Assembly: GCA_964016885.1 (NCBI GenBank)
Contig: OZ024741.1
Span: 260,028,001-260,092,000, forward strand
Direction: 5' to 3'
From: Eledone cirrhosa
Lineage: Eukaryota
DNA length: 64,000 nucleotides
In this document: positions 13,800 through 28,340 of the stretch, one piece after another
Numbering within the stretch: position 1 is the stretch's first letter
Layout of the letters: the number at the start of each line of letters is the position of its first letter
Position numbers and translations under genes: made by a program
The notes under the pieces: model-generated
Told to the model about the DNA's origin: nothing
The model's database searches: none
What the model saw: the letters and a program-made list of their open reading frames with translations, nothing else

Positions 13800-16700
13800 C
13801 TCGTAAGTCAGAACACTCGTAAGTCAGAACACTCGTAAGTCGAAACACTCATAAGTCGAAACACTCGTAAGTCGAAACACCCGTAAGTCGAAACACCCGT
13901 AAGTCGAAACACTCGTATGTCGAATAACTCGTAAGCCGAAACACCGTAAGTCAAAACACTCGTAAGTCGAAACACTCGTAAGTCGAAACACCCATAAGCC
14001 GAAACATTCGTAAGCCAAAACATTCGTAAGTCGAAACACTCGTAAACCGAAACACTCGTAAGCCAAAACATTCGTAAGTCGAAACACTCGTAAGTCGAAA
14101 CACCCATAGCCGAAACACTTGTAAGTCTGAACACACGTAAGTCAGAACACCCGTAAGTCAGAACACTCGTAAGTCAGAACACTCGTAAGTCAGAACACTC
14201 GTAAGTCAGAGCACTCGTATCGAAACACTCGTATGTCAAAACACCCGTAAGTCAAAACACTCGTAAGTCGAAACACTCGTAAGCCGAAACACCGTAAGCC
14301 AAAACACTCGTAAGTCGAAACATCCGTAAGTCGGAACACTCGTAAGTCGAAACACTCGTAAGTCGAAACACTCGTAAGCCGAAACACTCGTAAGCCGAAA
14401 CACTCGTAAGTCGGAACACTCGTAAGTCGGAACACTCGTAAGTCAGAACACTCGTAAGTCAGAACACTCGTAAGTCAGAACACTCGTAAGTCAGAACACT
14501 CGTAAGTCGAAACACTCGTATCGAAACACTCGTATGTCAAAACACCCGTAAGTCAAAACACTCGTAAGTCGAAACACTCGTAAGTCGAAACATTCGTATG
14601 TCGAAACATCCGTAAATCAGAACACTCGTAAGTCGAAACACTCGTAAGTCGAAACACTCGTAAGCCGAAACACTCGTAAGTCGAAGCACTCGTATCGAAA
14701 CACTCGTAAGTCGAAACACCCTTAAGTCAAAACACTCGTAAGCCAAAACACTCGTAAGTCGAAACACTCGTAAGTCGGAACACTCGTAAGTCAGAACACT
14801 CGTAAGTCAGAACACTCGTAAGTGGAAACACGCGTAAGTCGAAACACTCATAAGTCGAAACACTCGTAAGTCGAAACACCCGTAAGTCGAAACACCCGTA
14901 AGTCGAAACACTCGTATGTCGAATAACTCGTAAGCCGAAACACCGTAAGTCAAAACACTCGTAAGTCGAAACACTCGTAAGTCGAAACACCCATAAGCCG
15001 AAACACTCGTAAGCCAAAACATTCGTAAGTCGAAACACTCGTAAACCGAAACACTCGTAAGCCAAAACATTCGTAAGTCGAAACACTCGTAAGTCGAAAC
15101 ACCCATAGCCGAAACACTCGTAAGTCTGAACACACGTAAGTCAGAACAGCCGTAAGTCAGAACACTCGTAAGTCAGAACACTCTTAAGTCAGAACACTCG
15201 TAAGTCAGAGCACTCGTATCTAAACACTCGTATGTCAAAACACCCGTAAGTCAAAACACTCGTAAGTCGAAACACTCGTAAGTCGAAACACTCGTATGTC
15301 GAAACATCCGTAAATCAGAACACTCGTAAGTCGAAACACTCGTAAGTCGAAACACTCGTAAGCCGAAACACTCGTAAGTCGAAGCACTCGTATCGAAACA
15401 CTCGTAAGTCGAAACACCCTTAAGTCAAAACACTCGTAAGCCAAAACACTCGTAAGTCGAAACACTCGTAAGTCGGAACACTCGTAAGTCAGAACACTCG
15501 TAAGTCAGAACACTCGTAAGTGGAAACACGCGTAAGTCGAAAGACCCGTAAGTCAAAAATCTCGTAAGTCAAAACACTCGTAAGCCGAAACACTCGTAAG
15601 TCGAAACACTCGTAAGTCGAAACACCCGTAAGTCGGAACACTCGTAAGTCAGAATACTCGTAAGTCAAAACACTCGTAAACCGGAACACCCGTAAGGCAA
15701 AACATTCGCATGTCAAAACACTCGTAAGTCGAAACACTCGTAAGCCGAAACACTCGTAAGTCGAAACACTCGTAAGTCGAAACACTCGTAAGTCGAAACA
15801 CTCGTAAGTCAGTGCACCCGTAAGTCAGAACACTCGTAGTCAGAATACTCGTAAGTCGAAACACTCGTATGTCGAAACACCCGTAAGTCGAAACATCCGT
15901 AAGTCAAAACACTCGTATGTCGAAACACTCGTAAGCCGAAACACTCATAAGTCGAAACACTCGTAAGCCGAAACACCCGTAAGTCAAAACATTCGTAAGT
16001 CAAAACACTCGTAAGTCGAAACACCCGTAAGTCAAAACACTCGTATGTCGAAACACTCGTAAGCCGAAACAACGTAAGTAAAAACACTCGTAAGTCGAAA
16101 CACCCATAAGTCGAAACACTCGTAAGCCGAAACACTCGTAAGTCGAAACACTCATAAGCCGAAACACTCGTAAGTCGGAACACTCGTAAATCAGAACACC
16201 CGCAAGTCAGAACACTCGTAAATCAGAACACTCTTAAGTCGAAACTCACGTACGCTGAAACACTCGTAAGTCGAAACACTCGTAAGTCGAAACATCCTTA
16301 AGTCGAAACACTCGTACACCGAAACACTCGTAAGTATAAACATTAGTAAGTCGAAACACTCGTAAGCCGAAACACTCGTAAGTCGAAACACCCGTAAATC
16401 GAAACACCCGTAAGTCAAAATACTCGTATGTCGAAACACTCGTAAACCGAAACACTCGTAAGTCGGAACACTCGTAAGTCAGAACACTCGTAAGTCAGAA
16501 CACTCGTAAGTCGAAACACTCATAAGTCGAAACACTCGTAAGTCGAAACACCCGTAAGTCGAAACCCCCGTAAGTCGAAACACTCGTATGTCGAATAACT
16601 CGTAAGCCGAAACACCGTAAGTCAAAACACTCGTAAGTCAAAACACTCGTAAGTCGAAACACCCATAAGCCGAAACACTCGTAAGCCAAAACATTCGTAA

Positions 16701-17750
16701 GTCGAAACACTCGTAAACCGAAACACTCGTAAGCCAAAACATTCGTAAGTCGAAACACTCGTAAGTCGAAACACCCATAGCCGAAACACTCGTAAGTCGG
16801 AACACACGTAAGTCAGAACACCCGTAAGTCAGAACACTCGTAAGTCAGAACACTCGTAAGTCAGAGCACTCGTATCGAAACACTCGTATGTCAAAACACC
16901 CGTAAGTCAAAACACTCGTAAGTCGAAACACTCGTAAGCCGAAACACCGTAAGCCAAAACACTCGTAAGTCGAAACACCCGTAAGTCGGAACACTCGTAA
17001 GTCGAAACACTCGTAAGTCGAAACACTCGTAAGCCGAAACACTCGTAAGCCGAAACACTCGTAAGTCGGAACACTCGTAAGTCGGAACACTCGTAAGTCA
17101 GAACACTCGTAAGTCAGAACACTCGTAAGTCAGAACACTCGTAAGTCAGAATACTCGTAAGTCGAAACACCCGTAAGTCGAAACACCCGTAAGTCGAAAC
17201 ACTCGTATGTCGAATAACTCGTAAGCCGAAACACCGTAAGTCAAAACACTCGTAAGTCGAAACACTCGTAAGTCGAAACACCCATAAGCCGAAACACTCG
17301 TAAGCCAAAACATTCGTAAGTCGAAACACTCGTAAACCGAAACACTCGTAAGCCAAAACATTCGTAAGTCGAAACACTCGTAAGTCGAAACACCCATAGC
17401 CGAAACACTTGTAAGTCTGAACACACGTAAGTCAGAACACCCGTAAGTCAGAACACTCGTAAGTCAGAACACTCGTAAGTCAGAACACTCGTAAGTCAGA
17501 GCACTCGTATCGAAACACTCGTATGTCAAAACACCCGTAAGTCAAAACACTCGTAAGTCGAAACACTCGTAAGCCGAAACACCGTAAGCCAAAACACTCG
17601 TAAGTCGAAACACCCGTAAGTCGGAACACTCGTAAGTCGAAACACTCGTAAGTCGAAACACTCGTAAGCCGAAACACTCGTAAGCCGAAACACTCGTAAG
17701 TCGGAACACTCGTAAGTCGGAACACTCGTAAGTCAGAACACTCGTAAGTC
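13800..17750 (+). repeat. Block duplicate of about 6700-10600 (offset 7129)
   Basis: ORF pairs 7061->14190, 7408->14537, 8680->15809, 9366->16495 and 10351->17480 are all +7129. Rare variants CGTATCTAAAC (about 8087/15216) and GAAACCCCCG (about 9432/16561) are shared. Confidence 0.85.
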
Positions 17751-20616
17751 AGAACACTCGTAAGTCAGAACACTCGTAAGTCAGAACACTCGTAAGTCGA
17801 AACACTCGTATCGAAACACTCGTATGTCAAAACACCAGTAAGTCGAAACACTCGTATCGAAACACTCGTATGTCAAAACACCAGTAAGTCAAAACACTCG
17901 TAAGTCGAAACACTCGTAAGCCGAAACACCGTAAGTCGAAACACCCGTATGTCGAAACACTCGTAAGCCGAAACACTCGTAAGTCGAAACACTCGTAGTC
18001 GAAACACTCGTAAGTCGAAACACCCGTAAGTCGAAACACTCGTAAGTCGAAACACTCGTAAGCCGAAACACTCGTAAGTCGAAACACTCATAAGCCGAAA
18101 CACTCGTAAGTCGAAACACTCGTAAGTCAGAACACTCGTAGTCAGAACACTCGTAAGTCAAACCACTCGTAAGCCGAAACACTCGTAAGTCGAAACACTC
18201 GTAAGTCGAAACACTCGTAAGTCGAAAAACTCGTAAGCCGGAACACTCGTAAGTCAGAACACTCGTAAGTCAGAACACTCGTAAGTCGAAACATCCGTAA
18301 ATCAGAACACTCCTAAGTCAAAACACTCGTAAGTCGAAACACTCGTAAGTCAAAAATACTCGTAAGTCGAAACACCCTTAAGTAAAAACACTCGTAAGTC
18401 GAAACACTCGTAAGCCGAAACACCCGTCAGTTAAAACACCCGTAAGTCGAAACACTCGTAAGTCAAAACTCTCGTACGCCGAAACACTCGTAAGTAAAAA
18501 CATTAGTAAGTCGAAACACTCGTAAGCCGAAAGACTCATAAGTCGAAACACTCGTAAGCCGAAACACCCGTAAGTCAAAACATTCGTAAGTCAAAACACT
18601 CGTAAGTCGAAACACCCGTAAGTCGAAACACTCGTATGTCGAAACACTCGTAAGCCGAAACACCGTAAGTAAAAACACTCGTAAGTCGAAACACCCACAA
18701 GTCGAAACACTCGTAAGCCGAAACACTCGTAAGTCGAAACACTCATAAGCCGAAACACTCGTAAGTCGGAACACTCGTAAATCAGAACACCCGCAAGTCA
18801 GAACACTCGTATCGAAACACTCGTATGTCAAAACACCCGTAAGTCAAAACACTCGTAAGTCGAAACACTCGTAAGCCGAAACACCGTAAGTAAAAAAACT
18901 CGTAAGTCGAAATACTCGTAAGTCGAAACACTCGTAAGCCGAAACAATCGTAATTCAAAACACTCGTAAGTCGAAACACTCGTAAGCCGAAACAATCGTA
19001 AGTCGAAACACTCGTAAGCCGAAAATACTCGTAAGTCGGAACACCCGTAAGCCGAAACACTCGTATGTCGAAACACTCGTAAGCCGAAACAACATAAGTA
19101 AAAACACTCGTAAGTCGAAACACCCATAAGTCGAAACACTCGTAAGCCGAAACACTCGTAAGTCGAAACACTCATAAGCCGAAACACTCGTAAGTCGGAA
19201 CACTCGTAAATCAGAACACCCGCAAGTCAGAACACTCGTAAATCAGAATACTCTTAAGTCGAAACTCACGTACGCTGAAACACTGGTAAGTCGAAACACT
19301 CGTAAGTCGAAACATCCTTAAGTCGAAACACTCGTACACCGAAACACTCGTAAGTATAAACATTAGTAAGTCGAAACACTCGTAAGCCGAAACACTCGTA
19401 AGTCGAAACTCCCGTAAATCGAAACACCCGTAAGTCAAAACACTCGTATGTCGAAACACTCGTAAACCGAAACACTCGTAAGTCGGAACACTCGTAAGTC
19501 AGAACACTCGTAAGTCAGAACACTCGTAAGTCGAAACACTCATAAGTCGAAACACTCGTAAGTCGAAACACCCGTAAGTCGAAACCCCCGTAAGTCGAAA
19601 CACTCGTATGTCGAATAACTCGTAAGCCGAAACACCGTAAGTCAAAACACTCGTAAGTCGAAACACTCGTAAGTCGAAACACCCATAAGCCGAAACACTC
19701 GTAAGCCAAAACATTCGTAAGTCGAAACACTCGTAAACCGAAACACTCGTAAGCCAAAACATTCGTAAGTCGAAACACTCGTAAGTCGAAACACCCATAG
19801 CCGAAACACTCGTAAGTCGGAACACACGTAAGTCAGAACACCCGTAAGTCAGAACACTCGTAAGTCAGAACACTCGTAAGTCAGAACACTCGTAAGTCAG
19901 AGCACTCGTATCGAAACACTCGTATGTCAAAACACCCGTAAGTCAAAACACTCGTAAGTCGAAACACTCGTAAGCCGAAACACCGTAAGCCAAAACACTC
20001 GTAAGTCGAAACACCCGTAAGTCGGAACACTCGTAAGTCGAAACACTCGTAAGTCGAAACACTCGTAAGCCGAAACACTCGTAAGCCGAAACACTCGTAA
20101 GTCGGAACACTCGTAAGTCGGAACACTCGTAAGTCAGAACACTCGTAAGTCAGAACACTCGTAAGTCAGAACACTCGTAAGTCAGAATACTCGTAAGTCG
20201 AAACACTCGTATCGAAACACTCGTATGTCAAAACACCCGTAAGTCAAAACACTCGTAAGTCGAAACACTCGTAAGTCGAAACACTCGTATGTCGAAACAT
20301 CCGTAAATCAGAACACTCGTAAGTCGAAACACTCGTAAGCCGAAACACTCGTAAGTCGAAACACTCGTATCGAAACACTCGTAAGTCGAAACACCCTTAA
20401 GTCAAAACACTCGTAAGCCAAAACACTCGTAAGTCGAAACACTCGTAAGTCGGAACACTCGTAAGTCAGAACACTCGTAAGTCAGAACACTCGTAAGTGG
20501 AAACACGCGTAAGTCGAAAGACCCGTAAGTCAAAAATCTCGTAAGTCAAAACACTCGTAAGCCGAAACACTCGTAAGTCGAAACACTCGTAAGTCGAAAC
20601 ATTCGTAAAGCGAAAC

Positions 20617-20685
20617 GTATAAATAAAGATTAATGTAATGAACTTGAAAAGCATAGATATTTGAAACCGCGTCTATTTGTTATTT
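20617..20685. repeat. 69-bp AT-rich spacer, subtype A
   Basis: GAACTTG and TAGATATT. Confidence 0.95.
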
Positions 20686-21783
20686 TCGTAAGTCGAAACA
20701 CTCGTAAGTCAGAACACTCGTAAGTCAGAACACTCTTAAGTGAGAACACTCGTATCGAAACACTCGTATGTCAAAACACCCGTAAGTCAAAACACTCGTA
20801 AGTCGAAACACTCGTAAGTCGAAACACTCGTAAGCCGAAACAATCGTAAGTCAAAACACTCGTAAGTCGAAACACTCGTAAGCCGAAAATACTCGTAAGT
20901 CGGAACACCCGTAAGCCGAAACCCTCGTAGTTCGGAACACTCGTAAGTCGAAACACTCGTAAGTCGAAACACCCGTAAGTCGAAACACTCGTAAGTCGAA
21001 ACACCCGTAAGTCGAAACATCCGTAAGACAAAACACTCGTATGTCGAAACACTCGTAAGCCGAGACACTCGTAAGTCGGAACACTCGCAAGTCAGAACAC
21101 TCGTAAGTCAGAACACTCGTAAGTCGAAACACTCGTAAGTCGAAACACCCGTAAGTCGAAACGCCCGTAAGTCAAAACACTCGTATGTCGAAACACTCGC
21201 AAGCCGAAAAACCGTAAGTCAAAACACTCGTAAGTCGAAACACTCGTAAGTCGAAACACTCGTAAGCCGAAACACTCGTAAGCGAAAACATTCGTAAGTC
21301 GAAACACTCGTAACCCGAAACACTCGTAAGTCGAAACACTCGAAAGCCGAAACACTCGTAAGTCGAAACACTCATAAGCCGAAACACTCGTAAGTCGGAA
21401 CACTCGTAAGTCAGAACACCCGTAAGTCAGAACACTCGTAGTCAGAACACTCGTAAGTCGAAACACTCGTAAGCCGAAACACTCGCAAGTCGAAGCACTC
21501 GTAATCCGAAACACTCTTAAGTCGAAACACTCGTAAGTCAGAACACTCGTAAGTCGAAACACTCGTAAGCCGAAACATCCGTAAGTCAAAACATCCGTAA
21601 GTCAAAACATTCGTAAGTCGAAACACCCGTAGTCGAAACACTCGCATGTCGAAACACTCGTAAGTCGAAACACGCGTAAGTCGAAACACATGTAAGTCAA
21701 AACACTCGTAAGTCAAAACACTCGTAAGCCGAAACACTCGTGAGTCGAAACACTCGTAAGTTGAAACACTCGTAAAGCGAAAC

Positions 21784-21852
21784 GTATAAATAAAGATTAA
21801 TGTAATGAATTTGAAAAGCATAGAGATTTGAAACCGCGTCTATTTGTTATTT
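21784..21852. repeat. 69-bp AT-rich spacer, subtype B
   Basis: GAATTTG and TAGAGATT. Confidence 0.95.
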
Positions 21853-23838
21853 TCGTAAGTCGAAACACTCGTAAGCCGAAGCACTCGTGAGCCGAAACAC
21901 TCGTAAGTCGGAACACTCGTAAGTCAGAACACTCGTAAGTCAGAACACTCGTAAGTTAGAACACTCGTAAGTCAGAACACTCGTAAGTCAGAACACTCGT
22001 AAGTCAGAACACTCGTAAGTCGAAACACTCGTATCGAAACACTCGTATGTCAAAACAGCAGTAAGTCAAAACACTCGTAAGTCGAAACACTCGTAAGCCG
22101 AAACACCGTAAGTCAAAACACTCGTAAGTCGAAACACTCGTAAGTCGAAACACTCGTAAGTCGAAACACTCGTAATCCGAAACACTCGTAAGCCGAAACA
22201 CTCGTAAGTCGAAACACTCGTAAGTCGAAACACTCGTAAGCCGAAACACTCGTAAGCCGAAACACTCGTAAGTCGGAACACTCGTAAGTCAGAACACTCA
22301 TAAGTCAGAACACTCGTAAGTCAGAACACTCGTAAGTCGAAACACTCGTAAGCCGAAACACCGTAAGTCGAAACACCCGTATGTCGAAACACTCGTAAGC
22401 CGAAACACTCTTAAGTCGAAACACTCATAAGCCGAAACACTCGTAAGTCGGAACACTCGTAAATCAGAACACCCGCAAGTCAGAACACTCGTAAATCAGA
22501 ACACTCTTAAGTCGAAACTTACGTACGCCGAAACAATCGTAAGTCGAAACACTCGTAAGTCGAAACATCCTTAAGTCGAAACACTCGTACACCGAAACAC
22601 TCGTAAGTATAAACATTAGTAAGTCGAAACACTCGTATGTCGAAACACTCGTAAACCGAAACACTCGTAAGTCGGAACACTCGTAAGTCAGAACACTCGT
22701 AAGTCAGAACACTCGTAAGTCGAAACACTCATAAGTCGAAACACTCGTAAGTCGAAACACCCGTAAGTCGAAACACCCGTAAGTCGAAACACTCGTATGT
22801 CGAATAACTCGTAAGCCGAAACACCGTAAGTCAAAACACTCGTAAGTCGAAACACTCGTAAGTCGAAACACCCATAAGCCGAAACACTCGTAAGCCAAAA
22901 CATTCGTAAGTCGAAACACTCGTAAACCGAAACACTCGTAAGCCAAAACATTCGTAAGTCGGAACACTCGTAAGTCAGAACACTCATAAGTCAGAACACT
23001 CGTAAGTCAGAACACTCGTAAGTCGAAACACTCGTAAGCCGAAACACCGTAAGTCGAAACACCCGTATGTCGAAACACTCGTAAGCCGAAACACTCTTAA
23101 GTCGAAACACCCATAGCCGAAACACTTGTAAGTCTGAACACACGTAAGTCAGAACACCCGTAAGTCAGAACACTCGTAAGTCAGAACACTCGTAAGTCAG
23201 AACACTCGTAAGTCAGAGCACTCGTATCGAAACACTCGTAAGTCAAAACACCCGTAAGTCAAAACACTCGTAAGTCGAAACACTCGTAAGTCGAAACACT
23301 CGTAAGCCGAAACACCGTAAGCCAAAACACTCGTAAGTCGAAACACCCGTAAGTCGGAACACTCGTAAGTCGAAACACTCGTAAGCCGAAACACTCATAA
23401 GCCGAAACACTCGTAAGTCGGAACACTCGTAAGTCAGAACACCCGTAAGTCAGAACACTCGTAGTCAGAACACTCGTTAGTCGAAACACTCGTAAGCCGA
23501 AACACTCGCAAGTCGAAGCACTCGTAATCCGAAACACTCTTAAGTCGAAACACTCGTAAGTCGGAAGACTCGTAAGTCAGAACACTCGTAAGTCAGAACA
23601 CTCGTAAGTCGAAACACTCGTAAGCCGAAACATCCGTAAGTCAAAACATCCGTAGGTCAAAACATTCGTAAGTCGAAACACCCGTAGTCGAAACACTCGC
23701 ATGTCGAAACACTCGTAAGTCGAAACACGCGTAAGTCGAAACACATGTAAGTCAAAACACTCGTAAGTCAAAACACTCGTAAGCCGAAACACTCGTAAGT
23801 CGAAACACTCGTAAGTCGAAACACTCGTAAAGCGAAAC

Positions 23839-23907
23839 GTATAAATAAAGATTAATGTAATGAATTTGAAAAGCATAGAGATTTGAAACCGCGTCTATTT
23901 GTTATTT
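23839..23907. repeat. 69-bp AT-rich spacer, subtype B
   Basis: GAATTTG and TAGAGATT. Confidence 0.95.
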
Positions 23908-25049
23908 TCGTAAATCGAAACACTCGTAAGCCGAAACACTCGTAAGTCGGAACACTCGTAAGTCAGAACACTCGTAAGTCAGAACACTCGTAAGTTAGAA
24001 CACTCGTAAGTCAGAACACTCGTAAGTCAGAACACTCGTAAGTCAGAACACTCGTAAGTCGAAACACTCGTATCGAAACACTCGTATGTCAAAACACCAG
24101 TAAGTCAAAACACTCGTAAGTCGAAACACTCGTAAGCCGAAACACCGTAAGTCAAAACACTCGTAAGTCGAAACACTCGTAAGTCGAAACACTCGTAAGT
24201 CGAAACACTCGTAAGTCGAAACACTCGTAAGCCGAAACACTCGTAAGCCGAAACACTCGTAAGTCAGAACACTCATAAGTCAGAACACTCGTAAGTCAGA
24301 ACACTCGTAAGTCGAAACACTCGTAAGCCGAAACACCGTAAGTCGAAACACCCGTATGTCGAAACACTCGTAAGCCGAAACACTCTTAAGTCGAAACACT
24401 CATAAGCCGAAACACTCGTAAGTCGGAACACTCGTAAGTCGAAACACCCGTAAGTCGGAACACTCGTAAGTCGAAACACTCGTAAGTCGAAACACTCGTA
24501 AGCCGAAACACTCGTAAGCCGAAACACTCGTAAGTCGGAACACTCGTAAGTCGGAACACTCGTAAGTCAGAACACTCGTAAGTCAGAACACTCGTAAGTC
24601 AGAACACTCGTAAGTCAGAATACTCGTAAGTCGAAACACTCGTATCGAAACACTCGTATGTCAAAACACCCGTAAGTCAAAACACTCGTAAGTCGAAACA
24701 CTCGTAAGTCGAAACACTCGTATGTCGAAACATCCGTAAATCAGAACACTCGTAAGTCGAAACACTCGTAAGCCGAAACACTCGTAAGTCGAAACACTCG
24801 TATCGAAACACTCGTAAGTCGAAACACCCTTAAGTCAAAACACTCGTAAGCCAAAACACTCGTAAGTCGAAACACTCGTAAGTCGGAACACTCGTAAGTC
24901 AGAACACTCGTAAGTCAGAACACTCGTAAGTGGAAACACGCGTAAGTCGAAAGACCCGTAAGTCAAAAATCTCGTAAGTCAAAACACTCGTAAGCCGAAA
25001 CACTCGTAAGTCGAAACACTCGTAAGTCGAAACATTCGTAAAGCGAAAC

Positions 25050-25118
25050 GTATAAATAAAGATTAATGTAATGAACTTGAAAAGCATAGATATTTGAAAC
25101 CGCGTCTATTTGTTATTT
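25050..25118. repeat. 69-bp AT-rich spacer, subtype A
   Basis: GAACTTG and TAGATATT. Confidence 0.95.
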
Positions 25119-26216
25119 TCGTAAGTCGAAACACTCGTAAGTCAGAACACTCGTAAGTCAGAACACTCTTAAGTGAGAACACTCGTATCGAAACACTCGT
25201 ATGTCAAAACACCCGTAAGTCAAAACACTCGTAAGTCGAAACACTCGTAAGTCGAAACACTCGTAAGCCGAAACAATCGTAAGTCAAAACACTCGTAAGT
25301 CGAAACACTCGTAAGCCGAAAATACTCGTAAGTCGGAACACCCGTAAGCCGAAACCCTCGTAGTTCGGAACACTCGTAAGTCGAAACACTCGTAAGTCGA
25401 AACACCCGTAAGTCGAAACACTCGTAAGTCGAAACACCCGTAAGTCGAAACATCCGTAAGACAAAACACTCGTATGTCGAAACACTCGTAAGCCGAGACA
25501 CTCGTAAGTCGGAACACTCGCAAGTCAGAACACTCGTAAGTCAGAACACTCGTAAGTCGAAACACTCGTAAGTCGAAACACCCGTAAGTCGAAACGCCCG
25601 TAAGTCAAAACACTCGTATGTCGAAACACTCGCAAGCCGAAAAACCGTAAGTCAAAACACTCGTAAGTCGAAACACTCGTAAGTCGAAACACTCGTAAGC
25701 CGAAACACTCGTAAGCGAAAACATTCGTAAGTCGAAACACTCGTAACCCGAAACACTCGTAAGTCGAAACACTCGAAAGCCGAAACACTCGTAAGTCGAA
25801 ACACTCATAAGCCGAAACACTCGTAAGTCGGAACACTCGTAAGTCAGAACACCCGTAAGTCAGAACACTCGTAGTCAGAACACTCGTAAGTCGAAACACT
25901 CGTAAGCCGAAACACTCGCAAGTCGAAGCACTCGTAATCCGAAACACTCTTAAGTCGAAACACTCGTAAGTCAGAACACTCGTAAGTCGAAACACTCGTA
26001 AGCCGAAACATCCGTAAGTCAAAACATCCGTAAGTCAAAACATTCGTAAGTCGAAACACCCGTAGTCGAAACACTCGCATGTCGAAACACTCGTAAGTCG
26101 AAACACGCGTAAGTCGAAACACATGTAAGTCAAAACACTCGTAAGTCAAAACACTCGTAAGCCGAAACACTCGTGAGTCGAAACACTCGTAAGTTGAAAC
26201 ACTCGTAAAGCGAAAC

Positions 26217-26285
26217 GTATAAATAAAGATTAATGTAATGAATTTGAAAAGCATAGAGATTTGAAACCGCGTCTATTTGTTATTT
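26217..26285. repeat. 69-bp AT-rich spacer, subtype B
   Basis: GAATTTG and TAGAGATT. Confidence 0.95.
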
Positions 26286-28271
26286 TCGTAAGTCGAAACA
26301 CTCGTAAGCCGAAGCACTCGTGAGCCGAAACACTCGTAAGTCGGAACACTCGTAAGTCAGAACACTCGTAAGTCAGAACACTCGTAAGTTAGAACACTCG
26401 TAAGTCAGAACACTCGTAAGTCAGAACACTCGTAAGTCAGAACACTCGTAAGTCGAAACACTCGTATCGAAACACTCGTATGTCAAAACAGCAGTAAGTC
26501 AAAACACTCGTAAGTCGAAACACTCGTAAGCCGAAACACCGTAAGTCAAAACACTCGTAAGTCGAAACACTCGTAAGTCGAAACACTCGTAAGTCGAAAC
26601 ACTCGTAATCCGAAACACTCGTAAGCCGAAACACTCGTAAGTCGAAACACTCGTAAGTCGAAACACTCGTAAGCCGAAACACTCGTAAGCCGAAACACTC
26701 GTAAGTCGGAACACTCGTAAGTCAGAACACTCATAAGTCAGAACACTCGTAAGTCAGAACACTCGTAAGTCGAAACACTCGTAAGCCGAAACACCGTAAG
26801 TCGAAACACCCGTATGTCGAAACACTCGTAAGCCGAAACACTCTTAAGTCGAAACACTCATAAGCCGAAACACTCGTAAGTCGGAACACTCGTAAATCAG
26901 AACACCCGCAAGTCAGAACACTCGTAAATCAGAACACTCTTAAGTCGAAACTTACGTACGCCGAAACAATCGTAAGTCGAAACACTCGTAAGTCGAAACA
27001 TCCTTAAGTCGAAACACTCGTACACCGAAACACTCGTAAGTATAAACATTAGTAAGTCGAAACACTCGTATGTCGAAACACTCGTAAACCGAAACACTCG
27101 TAAGTCGGAACACTCGTAAGTCAGAACACTCGTAAGTCAGAACACTCGTAAGTCGAAACACTCATAAGTCGAAACACTCGTAAGTCGAAACACCCGTAAG
27201 TCGAAACACCCGTAAGTCGAAACACTCGTATGTCGAATAACTCGTAAGCCGAAACACCGTAAGTCAAAACACTCGTAAGTCGAAACACTCGTAAGTCGAA
27301 ACACCCATAAGCCGAAACACTCGTAAGCCAAAACATTCGTAAGTCGAAACACTCGTAAACCGAAACACTCGTAAGCCAAAACATTCGTAAGTCGGAACAC
27401 TCGTAAGTCAGAACACTCATAAGTCAGAACACTCGTAAGTCAGAACACTCGTAAGTCGAAACACTCGTAAGCCGAAACACCGTAAGTCGAAACACCCGTA
27501 TGTCGAAACACTCGTAAGCCGAAACACTCTTAAGTCGAAACACCCATAGCCGAAACACTTGTAAGTCTGAACACACGTAAGTCAGAACACCCGTAAGTCA
27601 GAACACTCGTAAGTCAGAACACTCGTAAGTCAGAACACTCGTAAGTCAGAGCACTCGTATCGAAACACTCGTAAGTCAAAACACCCGTAAGTCAAAACAC
27701 TCGTAAGTCGAAACACTCGTAAGTCGAAACACTCGTAAGCCGAAACACCGTAAGCCAAAACACTCGTAAGTCGAAACACCCGTAAGTCGGAACACTCGTA
27801 AGTCGAAACACTCGTAAGCCGAAACACTCATAAGCCGAAACACTCGTAAGTCGGAACACTCGTAAGTCAGAACACCCGTAAGTCAGAACACTCGTAGTCA
27901 GAACACTCGTTAGTCGAAACACTCGTAAGCCGAAACACTCGCAAGTCGAAGCACTCGTAATCCGAAACACTCTTAAGTCGAAACACTCGTAAGTCGGAAG
28001 ACTCGTAAGTCAGAACACTCGTAAGTCAGAACACTCGTAAGTCGAAACACTCGTAAGCCGAAACATCCGTAAGTCAAAACATCCGTAGGTCAAAACATTC
28101 GTAAGTCGAAACACCCGTAGTCGAAACACTCGCATGTCGAAACACTCGTAAGTCGAAACACGCGTAAGTCGAAACACATGTAAGTCAAAACACTCGTAAG
28201 TCAAAACACTCGTAAGCCGAAACACTCGTAAGTCGAAACACTCGTAAGTCGAAACACTCGTAAAGCGAAAC

Positions 28272-28340
28272 GTATAAATAAAGATTAATGTAATGAATTT
28301 GAAAAGCATAGAGATTTGAAACCGCGTCTATTTGTTATTT
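28272..28340. repeat. 69-bp AT-rich spacer, subtype B
   Basis: GAATTTG and TAGAGATT. Confidence 0.95.
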
